64,000 nucleotides of DNA from assembly GCA_024275315.1 (NCBI GenBank), contig JAJRZK010000027.1:68714-132713 (forward strand), given 5' to 3'. Positions 39,111 to 48,543 of this stretch are shown in pieces; position 1 is the stretch's first letter, and every line of letters starts with the position of its first letter. Source of the stretch: Nitrospirota bacterium (lineage in GTDB: Bacteria; Nitrospinota_A; UBA7883). The notes under the pieces were generated by a model. It was not told where the DNA came from and did not search any database. It worked only from the letters and a program-made list of their open reading frames with translations. The position numbers and the translations under genes were made by a program.

Positions 39111-39713
39111 TCATTCGACGCCGTCCGGTTCCAGTGCGTCATACAGCTCTTCTTCGCCACCGCACACCCGCCACAGCTTCTCCAACCCTCCGCCCATCAA
39201 CCCCTCGTCCCGGCACTTTGCGAAATGGGCCAGCAAATGATCGTAATATCCGTCCTGGTTGAGAATGATAACAGGACGGATATGGATACCCAGGTATTTC
39301 CAGGTGATAATCTCCAGAGTCTCCTCCAGGGTGCCAATCCCGCCCGGCAGGGTGACGAACACGTCCGAAAGCTCGAACATCGTCTTTTTACGTTCATGCA
39401 TATCCCTGGTGACGATCAGCCTTGTCAACCCTGTGTGGACGACTTCCTTTATTTTCAGGTTTTCCGGAATCACGCCCGTCACCTTTCCGCCTGCCCCAAG
39501 GGCGGCGTCGGCCAACTCTCCCATCATACCGATCGAGGCTCCGCCGTATATAATCCGCTTTCCATCAGCGGCCAACCTGGCCCCAACGCGCCGGGCCAGG
39601 CTCCTCATTTTCTCCGGCGTTCCCCTGCTCGAAGCGCAATAAACGCATACCGACCTGATGTCCATCTGATCGATTATAGTCATTCCCGACCGGTGGGGCA
39701 TATTTTTTTGCAA
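39111..39713 (-). CDS. LOG-family cytokinin riboside 5'-monophosphate phosphoribohydrolase (TIGR00730)
   Basis: VCVYCASS, GGASIGMMG and PGGIGTLEE motifs. The start may be the internal ATG at 39683. Confidence 0.8.
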   Translation of the reverse strand: MQKNMPHRSGMTIIDQMDIRSVCVYCASSRGTPEKMRSLARRVGARLAADGKRIIYGGASIGMMGELADAALGAGGKVTGVIPENLKIKEVVHTGLTRLIVTRDMHERKKTMFELSDVFVTLPGGIGTLEETLEIITWKYLGIHIRPVIILNQDGYYDHLLAHFAKCRDEGLMGGGLEKLWRVCGGEEELYDALEPDGVE

Positions 39714-39784
39714 ACTAAACCTTATTACTTGCCGGGTTTTGTATTAAACTTCTATCCCTGTATATTTAATTAAACAGGGTTATT

Positions 39785-41608
39785 GTGACGGAAACATTCA
39801 AACAAGCGCTGGAAAAACGCCTGCTGGTATGTGACGGCGCTTTCGGCGCCATGCTCTATTCCAAGGGTGTGACAATCAACCGGTGCTACGAAGAGCTGAA
39901 CCTGACCCAGCCCGACCTGGTGCGCGAACTCCACCGGGACTATATAAAAGCCGGCGCCGACATTATCGAGGCCAATACTTTCGGCGCCAACAGGTTCAAG
40001 CTCCGCCATTTCGGCCTGGAAGACAAGGTAAAACAGATCAACAGCACCGGGCTGGCGCTGGCGCTGGAGGAGGCGCGGGGTTCCGCGTTTGTCGCCGGGT
40101 CGATCGGCCCGCTGGGGTTGAGTGTGGAGCCATACGGTAAAATCACCATCTCCGAGGCGAGCGACGCTTTTCGCGAGCATGGCGCAGAGCTTGTGGAAAA
40201 CGGGGCGGACCTGATTATATTCGAAACATTCCATGATCTTAACGAGCTCAAGGCCGCCATAAAAGCCATCAGGTCGTTGTCGTCGGACATTCCCATAGTC
40301 GCCCAAATGGCGTTTGAAACCGACGGTAAAACCGTGCATGGCGCCACACCTTTCCAGGTGGTCAATGCGTTGGAGCGTCTGAATATAGACGCGGTCGGGG
40401 CGAACTGTTCCGTTGGTCCCGCCGACATGCTCGACGTGGTAAAAGCCATGGCCTCGTCGACGCGCCTTCCCGTGTTCGCCCAGCCGAACGCCGGCATGCC
40501 CAGGGTTGTGGACGACCGGCTGATATATCTAACCACACCCGAATACCTGCTGACGTATGGCAAACGGTTTATCCGCGCCGGGGCGCGGGTTGTGGGGGGG
40601 TGTTGCGGAACCACCCCTGCGCATACGGCCGCGCTGAAGGGGGCCGTGATGGCGTTGTCCCCTTCCAGGGTCGAGGTGAGCGAGACACCTCAAACAAAAG
40701 GCCGGGAGGAGATAAAGGAAACCCCACGAAAAGATAAAACCCCGATGTCCAAAAAATTGTGCGAGGGGAAATGGGTCCAGTCGGTGGAGCTTCTGCCCCC
40801 GAAAGGCCCGGACGCCACCCGTGTGCTGGGGCACGCGAAAAAGCTCAAGGAAGCCGGGATAGACTGCCTGAACATACCGGACGGTCCCCGGGCGATGGCG
40901 CGGATGAGCCCCATGTCGCTGGCGCTCCTGTTCAAAAACGAAATTGGTGTGGAGCCTATATTGCACTATACCTGCCGCGACAGGAACCTGTTGGGAATGC
41001 AATCGGACATCCTTGGAGCCCACGCTGTTGGTATTAAAAACATCCTTGCAATCACGGGCGACCCGCCGAAACTCGGCAATTATCCCAACGCGACCGCGGT
41101 ATACGACGTGGACGCCATTGGGCTGGTCAAAATGATCCGCAACCTTAACCGTGGGCTGGACATTGTCGGCAATGCGATCAACGGCCAGACGGCGATCCAT
41201 ATTGGTGTGGGAGTAAACCCGGGAGCCTCCAATATAGAGGAAGAGATCAGAAGGTTTGAATTGAAGGTGGAATCCGGGGCGGAGTTTTGCATGACCCAGC
41301 CCATTTTCGAGACAGAGAAGCTTTTCAGTTTTCTGGACAAGATCGAGCGATTCCGCATCCCGGTGCTGGTGGGTATTCTTCCGCTGGCCTCGCTTCGGTC
41401 CGCCGAGTTTCTGCACAACGAAGTCCCCGGAATGCAGGTACCGAAGAAAATTCGTGAAAGCCTGAAACGCGCCGGGGATGATGCTTTGGAAACGGGTGTG
41501 ATGATAGCCCGGGAGGCGTTGGAAGAGGCCAGGGGGCGTGTGCAGGGTGTGTATGTGATGGCGCCGGTGGGAGGCGCCGACACGGCGCTTAGGCTGCTTG
41601 GGGGATAA
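39785..41608 (+). CDS. bifunctional homocysteine S-methyltransferase (MetH N-terminal Hcy-binding domain) / 5,10-methylenetetrahydrofolate reductase
   Basis: Hcy-binding barrel with zinc-ligand Cys (GANCS...GGCCGTTP), a linker, then a MetF TIM-barrel (ILHYTCRDRN, ILAITGDPP). No B12-binding domain. Confidence 0.85.
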   Translation: MTETFKQALEKRLLVCDGAFGAMLYSKGVTINRCYEELNLTQPDLVRELHRDYIKAGADIIEANTFGANRFKLRHFGLEDKVKQINSTGLALALEEARGSAFVAGSIGPLGLSVEPYGKITISEASDAFREHGAELVENGADLIIFETFHDLNELKAAIKAIRSLSSDIPIVAQMAFETDGKTVHGATPFQVVNALERLNIDAVGANCSVGPADMLDVVKAMASSTRLPVFAQPNAGMPRVVDDRLIYLTTPEYLLTYGKRFIRAGARVVGGCCGTTPAHTAALKGAVMALSPSRVEVSETPQTKGREEIKETPRKDKTPMSKKLCEGKWVQSVELLPPKGPDATRVLGHAKKLKEAGIDCLNIPDGPRAMARMSPMSLALLFKNEIGVEPILHYTCRDRNLLGMQSDILGAHAVGIKNILAITGDPPKLGNYPNATAVYDVDAIGLVKMIRNLNRGLDIVGNAINGQTAIHIGVGVNPGASNIEEEIRRFELKVESGAEFCMTQPIFETEKLFSFLDKIERFRIPVLVGILPLASLRSAEFLHNEVPGMQVPKKIRESLKRAGDDALETGVMIAREALEEARGRVQGVYVMAPVGGADTALRLLGG

Positions 41609-41769
41609 TTGTGACCATTCCGTTTTTTTTGCGAAATCGATGTTTTTCTCTTTGTTTGAGCGGCGAAGTGGGAGGCGCCGACACGGCGCTTAGGCTGCTT
41701 GGGGGATAATTGTGACCATTCCGTTTTTTTTTGCGAAATCGACGTTTTTCTCTTTGTTTGAGCGGCGAA
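41567..41769. repeat. tandem direct duplication, 2 copies of ~101 bp (41567-41667 and 41668-41769), first copy spanning the last 42 nt of the metF-fusion gene
   Basis: The copies are near-identical. Differences are T8 vs T9 in a homopolymer and gatg vs gacg. The junction carries GTG microhomology. Confidence 0.8.
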
Positions 41770-41987
41770 TGTGTTATAGTTACTGGGCGAATGTCGGTTC
41801 GCCTGAATCTATCAGTTCCGGACGCTTGGCAGGGGGACAGCTCGCGTCGCCTGTGGTAATCAATAATTATTATTTCCCGATGCGTGCTCGAGTTGAGAAA
41901 ATCGTCCCTCTGCGCATTTTAAGAACGCTGTAAGACCAGAAGTAACCATAACTTTCTTGATCTCTATACATTTTGTGCGCTTAACAC

Positions 41988-43109
41988 ATGGCTAAACCAG
42001 AACAAGTCTCCGGAGTGCTGGACATCACCGACAAAGGTTTCGGTTTTTTGCGATCCATTGATAATGGCTACGCCATAAACCCGAAAGACCCGTACGTGGG
42101 GCAGAACGTGATCCGCAAATACTCTTTAAAGCCGGGTATGTTCATTAACGGCGTCGGGTCCAAGAAAAGCTCGAACCAGGCCAACCTCGCGCTGGACAGG
42201 ATCAACACGGTCGACGGGGGCCCCCTCGCGTCTGTGTCGAAACGGATACCGTTCCACAAGCTCACAGTCATCGACCCAACGGATAAACTGGTTCTGGAAA
42301 CCGGAGCCAAGCCTCTCACCACCCGTGTGCTGGACCTTTTTACACCGATTGGCAAAGGTCAGCGGGCGCTTATGGTATCACCGCCGAAAGCCGGCAAAAC
42401 CGTGTTCATAGAAGATATCGCCCACGGGGTGAAAAAAAACAATCCCGAAGCGATTGTAATAGTGTTCCTGGTGGATGAAAGGCCGGAGGAAGTCACACAG
42501 TTCAAGCGCAGTGTGGGTGGCGAAGTGGTGGCGACCAGTTTCGACGCTCCTCTCAACGAGCAGATCCGCCTGTCGGAGCTTCTTTTGGAACGGGTCATGC
42601 GCCTGGTGGAAGTCGGCAAGGACGTTGTGCTGATCGTCGATTCCCTCACTCGTATGGGCAGGGCCTTTAACAAGGCCACCGACACACGAGGCAAAACCCT
42701 GTCCGGAGGCGTTGGCGCGAACGCGCTGCAATTTCCCAGAAAGTTTTTCGGCGCGGCCCGCAACATAGAAAACGGAGGTAGCCTTACAATAGTGGCCACC
42801 TGCCTTGTGGACACCGGTAGCAGGATGGACGAAGTGATTTTCCAGGAGTTCAAGGGCACCGGCAACACGGAGGTGGTGCTGGACAGGAGCCTGGCGGAAA
42901 GCCGGGTGTTTCCCGCTGTCAACCTTGGTCTTTCCGGCACAAGAAAAGAAGAAAAGCTCCAGAGCGGCGAAGACCTGAATAAAATATGGACGTTGATGCG
43001 TGTGCTTTCGAGGGACAAAGGGTTTGAAAAGTACAAAGCGATGCTCAAGAAAATGAGCCAGACCAAATCCAACTACGAATTTCTCGACACCATACCTGCG
43101 ACAAGGTAA
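41988..43109 (+). CDS. rho: transcription termination factor Rho (short N-terminus)
   Basis: CSD-like RNA-binding (GVLDITDKGFGFLR), Walker A PPKAGKT, Q- and R-loops, Walker B VVLIVDSLTR. 373 aa with a long 380-nt leader upstream. Confidence 0.85.
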   Translation: MAKPEQVSGVLDITDKGFGFLRSIDNGYAINPKDPYVGQNVIRKYSLKPGMFINGVGSKKSSNQANLALDRINTVDGGPLASVSKRIPFHKLTVIDPTDKLVLETGAKPLTTRVLDLFTPIGKGQRALMVSPPKAGKTVFIEDIAHGVKKNNPEAIVIVFLVDERPEEVTQFKRSVGGEVVATSFDAPLNEQIRLSELLLERVMRLVEVGKDVVLIVDSLTRMGRAFNKATDTRGKTLSGGVGANALQFPRKFFGAARNIENGGSLTIVATCLVDTGSRMDEVIFQEFKGTGNTEVVLDRSLAESRVFPAVNLGLSGTRKEEKLQSGEDLNKIWTLMRVLSRDKGFEKYKAMLKKMSQTKSNYEFLDTIPATR

Positions 43110-43148
43110 CCGTTCCCCCTTTTTTCTGTTTTGGCAGGAGCCGACACG

Positions 43149-44636
43149 ATGACGTTGGCCGATGAATTGGCCGGAAAGCTTTCCGCCGCCCTATCGAAAA
43201 CAACCCACGCGGAAAATTTGCGCCGTCATTTCACCGAATCGGGGTTTGACATCTGGCTGGTTGGAGGCGCCACGAGAAACGTGTCGCTGGGCAGACGGCT
43301 TGCCGATGTCGATCTTGTGGTCAACGGTGACCCGGTTCCCGCGGCCAGTGGTTTTGCCAGGGATAACGGGCTGAGTTACGTCACCCTGGACGAAAAGCGG
43401 AGGATCGCCCGCATTGTCCTGAAGCCACCAGACCCGGTCATGTTCGATATCTCCCGAATGAACGGGGAGTCGATAGAAGCCGACCTTTCGCGGCGTGACT
43501 TTACCATAAACGCGATCGCGGCGAAATGGAACAGTGACCGCATCGAGATCACCGACCCCCTGGGCGGGCTGGCGGACCTGGATTCCGGCGTGTTGCGTCC
43601 GGCCTCTCCGAGCGCGTTTGCGGACGATCCGGTCAGGATAGTCCGGGCCTATCGTTTCGCCTGCGTCTGTAAAATGAAAATGGAAAAAGGGCTTCGGAAC
43701 CTGATGCGCCGGTCGCTTGGCAGGCTTCCGCCTATGCCCCAGGAAAGAGTTTCAAGGGAGATTTTCCATATTCTCAACGAACCCGATTGTCACACGGCGA
43801 TAGCTGATATGGCGCAGGACAATGCGCTGGAAACCGTTTTCCCGGAGATGGGCCCCATGCGAGGTGTTTTACAGAACAGGTGGCATCACCTGGATGTGTT
43901 CGACCATACACTGGCGACTTTGGCGCGGCTGGACGATATCGCCATGAACCCTCCGCAATGGGCTGGCGGCTACCTGCGCGAGAGGGTCTCTTACGACGCC
44001 AACAGGCTGGCTGTGACCAGGCTGGCGGCGCTTTACCATGACGCCGGCAAGCCACACTGCGCCGGGGTTTCCGCCCGGGGCGAAGTCTGTTTCATCGGGC
44101 ACGAAAACACAAGCGCGAAGCTGGCCTTAACAGCCGCCAGGCGGTTGCGGGTTCCACGGGAAATAGCCAGGGGATGGAGAGTGCTCGTGAAAAATCACCT
44201 GCGCCCGTTAAACGCGGCGGCTGGGCAGGGATTGTCGCGCAGGGGGATGTACCGGTTCTGCAGGGACCTGGGACAATGGGACATCGCGGCGCTGGTCCAC
44301 GCCATGGCCGATTCCGGGGCCACCTGCGGCCCTGCCGTCACGATGGATATCCGGTCAAATGAAAAAAGGCTGATTAAAAATATAATCGAGTTTAAAAATT
44401 CGATGAAAGTCTCCGCCCAACATGCCAGACCACCGGTTGACGGGAACGATCTGATGCGCGAGCTTGGTGTGGAACCGGGACCTGTCGTGGGAATGATACT
44501 GGAGAAGCTGGCGGAGGCCGCGGCCACGGAAAATATAAGGGACAGGAACGACGCTTTCAGGCTCGCCAGCGACATCCTGAAAAACCTGGAGCGACCATAC
44601 AAACCGGAGATGAACCGCGGCGAATATCCCGGATAA
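43149..44636 (+). CDS. cca: CCA-adding tRNA nucleotidyltransferase with HD domain
   Basis: PolyA-polymerase head domain (WLVGGATRN...DVDLVV) plus HD domain (HHLDVFDH...YHDAGK). The ATG at 43149 with an AGGAG RBS is preferred over the TTG at 43131. Confidence 0.8.
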   Translation: MTLADELAGKLSAALSKTTHAENLRRHFTESGFDIWLVGGATRNVSLGRRLADVDLVVNGDPVPAASGFARDNGLSYVTLDEKRRIARIVLKPPDPVMFDISRMNGESIEADLSRRDFTINAIAAKWNSDRIEITDPLGGLADLDSGVLRPASPSAFADDPVRIVRAYRFACVCKMKMEKGLRNLMRRSLGRLPPMPQERVSREIFHILNEPDCHTAIADMAQDNALETVFPEMGPMRGVLQNRWHHLDVFDHTLATLARLDDIAMNPPQWAGGYLRERVSYDANRLAVTRLAALYHDAGKPHCAGVSARGEVCFIGHENTSAKLALTAARRLRVPREIARGWRVLVKNHLRPLNAAAGQGLSRRGMYRFCRDLGQWDIAALVHAMADSGATCGPAVTMDIRSNEKRLIKNIIEFKNSMKVSAQHARPPVDGNDLMRELGVEPGPVVGMILEKLAEAAATENIRDRNDAFRLASDILKNLERPYKPEMNRGEYPG

Positions 44637-44641
44637 CACGA

Positions 44642-45580
44642 TCAGATATGCGCGACATCCTCGGCGGATCGTTTCTTGACGTGTGTGGCGGCGGCCACCT
44701 TTATCTTGCTGGACAGAATCCTGCGGACCGTATCCAACCCCTGGTACAGCTTCAGCTCCTCCTTGTCCACCACGTCCACGGCGCCTATTTCATTCGCCCG
44801 GAGCCTCATTTTGCTCCCTTTCTGAGCGACGGAGCTGACTATGATCACAGGCTTGGGAAAATGGATCATCAGTTTTTTCAGAAACGAGACACCATCGAGC
44901 TTGGGCATGATAATGTCCAGCGTTATCACATCCGGGTTGAGCTCTAATATTTTCGACCGGGCGTCGTACGCGTCCTCGGCCTGGCCGACAACATGGATTT
45001 CATCATCCGTCGAAAGGGCTTTTTGAATGATGCCACGAACGGTGTAGGAATCGTCCACGATTAGCACCTGGATTTTGCGGCCCGCCAGGTCTTTTTTCTT
45101 CGCCTCAAGCTGTAATGTAAGCTCCGATTTCTGTATCATCCGAACTTCCACTTCGCCCGTATGGTTATCGAAGAAAATCTTCATGCCAGAGTCGCCCCCG
45201 GTCCTGTTTCTCTTTATGGCGATCCCGTGAGATTTGAGCAACTCCAGGGCTATGGCTATGTTTCGCTGGCCTATCTCGAACCCCGTGTTCAGGTGCCCGA
45301 CAACGGCGCCTCCTCCATAAACGCTCGCCTCCAGGTTTCTTTTGTTCGGGTCAACCTTGAGCATGGAGGAGATGAGCTTGTTGGTGGAATAATCACCGTA
45401 TTTACCCACCATGCTCTGGTTCCCGCCCGTGGGGAGCATAAAATGGTTCATGCCGCCGAATTTCCCGCTTTTGTTATAAAGACACACCGCGACACACGAC
45501 CCGAGCAGGGTCGATATGATGGCAGGTTGTTTGGTCAAGGCGATTTCACCCGGAAGAACAAACAGCTTCTTTTTTTCCAT
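44642..45580 (-). CDS. CheD (chemoreceptor glutamine deamidase) fused to a C-terminal CheB-type receiver domain
   Basis: N-terminus matches CheD with catalytic Cys/His context (LLGSCVAVCLY, MNHFMLP). C-terminus has KIQVLIVDDS...DVITLDIIMPKLDG...VIIVSS, closely matching the CheB N-terminal REC domain. Confidence 0.75.
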   Translation of the reverse strand: MEKKKLFVLPGEIALTKQPAIISTLLGSCVAVCLYNKSGKFGGMNHFMLPTGGNQSMVGKYGDYSTNKLISSMLKVDPNKRNLEASVYGGGAVVGHLNTGFEIGQRNIAIALELLKSHGIAIKRNRTGGDSGMKIFFDNHTGEVEVRMIQKSELTLQLEAKKKDLAGRKIQVLIVDDSYTVRGIIQKALSTDDEIHVVGQAEDAYDARSKILELNPDVITLDIIMPKLDGVSFLKKLMIHFPKPVIIVSSVAQKGSKMRLRANEIGAVDVVDKEELKLYQGLDTVRRILSSKIKVAAATHVKKRSAEDVAHI

Positions 45581-45681
45581 TGTCTATATTTCCCGTATTT
45601 ATGATAAACAGATTTCAGCGATATGTTTATTGTATCCCAAGGACGAATCGCTCCGCTCCGGGCCGAATAACGGTTTTTGTA

Positions 45682-47841
45682 TCATTGTCCCAGAAACTGC
45701 TTGAGTATCCCTTCCACGCTCAATATCAGCGCCATCCTTGTTCCGTCCAGTATCGACACCCCCTCGAATGCACTGGGCTCTTTTGTCTGGACGGTAAGTT
45801 GCTTGTATACTATCTGGCGCTGGCCCATCATCTCGTCCACCACGAGACAGACCGTCATGCCACGCGATTCGATCAATACGCATATCGCATCCCATATATT
45901 TTCGTACCTCGGTTTCGTCTTGAAAAGAGCGTGAAGCCGGACGACCGGGTATATCTTGCCCCATCTCTGGACGACCTCGCCCTTGCCTTCCACGGTGCTT
46001 ACATCCTCGCGTTTGGCCCTGAAAGACTCTCGCACGCTCTCTGCGGGAATCAGAAACATGCTCGACCCCACCGCCAGAGTCAACCCCAGCTTGATCCTGG
46101 TTGTGTACGCCAGCGGCGTTACTATCTTCACCCGCAACCCTTCGCCGGGGGAGTTGTCCAACAGCAGTGTCCCACCCATTTCATGAACACCCGCCGACAG
46201 CACGTCCATCCCCACTCCCCTGCCGGAGGTTTCGGTGATCGATTGCGCGGTGGAAAAGCCCGGTTTTAGTATCAGGTTCAACGCTTCACTATCAGACATC
46301 TTCGCGGCCGCGTCTTGCGACACAAACCCCTTGTCTACGGCCACCTGGCGGATTTTGGCGGTATCCACACCACTTCCGTTGTCAGATATTTCTATTATCA
46401 GGTTCGCCTTGTCCGAACTGACATCGATGCAGATGCGCCCCTCCTCCTCTTTACCCGCCGCGGCGCGCTCTTTTGGTGTTTCTATTCCATGATCGGCGCT
46501 GTTTCTCACCAGATGCACAAGGATGGTTTCAATTTTTTCCAGCAGGCTTTTGTCAATCTCCGTGTCGCCACCTCTACACTCGAGCCGGATATTTTTCTTC
46601 CTTTCCCTGGCGATATTTCGCACCAGCCTGGGCAACTTGGCCAATGCCCTTTCCACGGGGGTTTTCCTGATGACGTACAGGCTTTTCTGGAGCTGGTTCG
46701 AAAGTTCACGAAACGACTGGTTGGTGTTCTTGAAATTAAGGGCGATCCCATTGAGCTCGTTATCTTCAGGCCTGCGCTGGATATAGTTGAACAGCTCGCT
46801 TAGCGTAATCAGCTCTCCCACATAGTCGATAAAAACATCCAGAAGCGATTCCTCCACCCGGACAAAACCCACCCTCCGCTCTCCCCTCCTTTGCTGGTAC
46901 CCCTTGCCATCTTGCGGCTCGGCGGCCGAGGGGGCTTTTGTCCGCTCCGGTTTTTGTTGTGTAAGTCCCTTGGCGTATTCATCCAGAACGGCGGATATGG
47001 AGCCGGCGAGCATCTCGTCGATCCCGATGGCGTCCTGGTAAAACATTTCGAAATCTTCCTTCAGAGTGTTAAGCTCGCCCAAGGGCCCGGTCACTTCCGC
47101 CTTGACGTGTTTTTCTATGAGCGCATCAAGAGCCTTGGTGAAAGTCGCATACGCGGTTTCGTCCTGGGAGCTGTTTTCCATGGCGTTGTTTATCAGAGCG
47201 CGCAAATCCAGATATTCCCGGGTAACGTCGATGTCGCCATACATCCATTTTGTTCCATCTTCCATGGATGTTTTTCTTTTGTCTTTCAACAAAAACGGGG
47301 CGTTTTTGGATATAATCTCGAACATTTCAGACACCGGACTATCTTCATATTGTCCATCATCGTAACTGGAGAAAAACACCAGCAGGCTCTTCCTCAAATT
47401 TTCAAGCTGGTTTTCCTCTGAGCCCTCTCCCAGGCTGGCGTCTATCTGCGACAAATAGGCCGCTTCATCTTCGGTAAGAGTTACATCAACTCCCTTGTTG
47501 GCGTTCAGACGGTTGAAGATATTTTTCAGGTAATCCGCGCCTTCAAGAATGAATTTCACTATCTCCCTGTCGATCTCTATTTCCTTGCTGCGGATAAGGT
47601 CAAGATAGTTTTCGAGTGTATGACAAAATGTCTGCACGTTTGTGAAATTGAAAAACGAGCTGTTTCCCTTCAGGGAATGGACAGCGCGGAAAATGCCGTG
47701 GATATGGCTTTCATCGGTCAAATCGGCGTCGAGCCCCTGGGAATGCTCCTCTATCTCCTGGAGCATCTCATCGGCCTCTTCCAAAAACGACTGGAAAAGA
47801 CTCTCCTCTATTTCCCCGCTACTCTGGTCTGTCATAAGCAC
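45682..47841 (-). CDS. cheA: chemotaxis histidine kinase CheA
   Basis: HPt (IFRAVHSLKGNS), dimerization and HATPase domains (HLVRNSADHGIE, DNGSGV, GRGVGMD), C-terminal CheW-like domain. A ~250-aa insert sits between HPt and the dimerization domain. Confidence 0.9.
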   Translation of the reverse strand: MLMTDQSSGEIEESLFQSFLEEADEMLQEIEEHSQGLDADLTDESHIHGIFRAVHSLKGNSSFFNFTNVQTFCHTLENYLDLIRSKEIEIDREIVKFILEGADYLKNIFNRLNANKGVDVTLTEDEAAYLSQIDASLGEGSEENQLENLRKSLLVFFSSYDDGQYEDSPVSEMFEIISKNAPFLLKDKRKTSMEDGTKWMYGDIDVTREYLDLRALINNAMENSSQDETAYATFTKALDALIEKHVKAEVTGPLGELNTLKEDFEMFYQDAIGIDEMLAGSISAVLDEYAKGLTQQKPERTKAPSAAEPQDGKGYQQRRGERRVGFVRVEESLLDVFIDYVGELITLSELFNYIQRRPEDNELNGIALNFKNTNQSFRELSNQLQKSLYVIRKTPVERALAKLPRLVRNIARERKKNIRLECRGGDTEIDKSLLEKIETILVHLVRNSADHGIETPKERAAAGKEEEGRICIDVSSDKANLIIEISDNGSGVDTAKIRQVAVDKGFVSQDAAAKMSDSEALNLILKPGFSTAQSITETSGRGVGMDVLSAGVHEMGGTLLLDNSPGEGLRVKIVTPLAYTTRIKLGLTLAVGSSMFLIPAESVRESFRAKREDVSTVEGKGEVVQRWGKIYPVVRLHALFKTKPRYENIWDAICVLIESRGMTVCLVVDEMMGQRQIVYKQLTVQTKEPSAFEGVSILDGTRMALILSVEGILKQFLGQ

Positions 47842-48008
47842 AAAGTCTCACAAACACCAGCAGTAAGATTGCGCATTATATATTTTGCGACCAATGATGT
47901 ATAATCATGTCCAGGCGTATTTTGATTATTTTAACACATATGTTTCAACAATTTTGAAATAATTACTTGTATTTCCTTGATTTTAACCCGATTTTCCTCT
48001 AGAGCGCC

Positions 48009-48509
48009 ATGGACAACAAACAGGTAATCACACTGGAAACATCTCTTGGGTTCGCCGCTGTCGGGTTCATCGATGGTGTTATCGCCAGATTGTGGTTGCC
48101 GGAGTATGACAGGCAAAGCCTTGAAAGCAGGGTACGCCTATGGTCTCCCCGCGCCATCCGGGTAAAAAACCGCGATGTGGAAAACAGGGTCAGAGATTAT
48201 TTCAACAGGAAACAAGTAACGTTCGCCGACCGTGTGGACCTAAGTTGCGCAAACGATTTTGCAAAGAGGGTATACACAACACTGCGAAAAATTAAAAGAG
48301 GCCAGACCATAACCTACAGCGCCGTCGCCGCTCTTGCAGGAAGCCCCGGAGCCGCCCGGGCGGTGGGCTATGTCATGGGCCGCAACCCGATACCCCTGAT
48401 AATACCGTGTCATCGCGTAGTCCGATCGGACGGGTCTTTGGGAGGGTTCACCACCGCCGGCGGTGTCGCTCTGAAAAAGAAAATGCTGGAGCTTGAATCG
48501 GGCGGTTAA
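48009..48509 (+). CDS. ogt: methylated-DNA-[protein]-cysteine S-methyltransferase
   Basis: PCHRVV active-site motif and a C-terminal DNA-binding HTH. 166 aa. Confidence 0.8.
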   Translation: MDNKQVITLETSLGFAAVGFIDGVIARLWLPEYDRQSLESRVRLWSPRAIRVKNRDVENRVRDYFNRKQVTFADRVDLSCANDFAKRVYTTLRKIKRGQTITYSAVAALAGSPGAARAVGYVMGRNPIPLIIPCHRVVRSDGSLGGFTTAGGVALKKKMLELESGG

Positions 48510-48543
48510 GGCCCGAACAGTCCGGTTTCGCCTGTCCGGAAGG

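Noticed and set aside
40529-41416. 295-aa - strand ORF
   Set aside because: Antisense to the Hcy-methyltransferase/MetF fusion.
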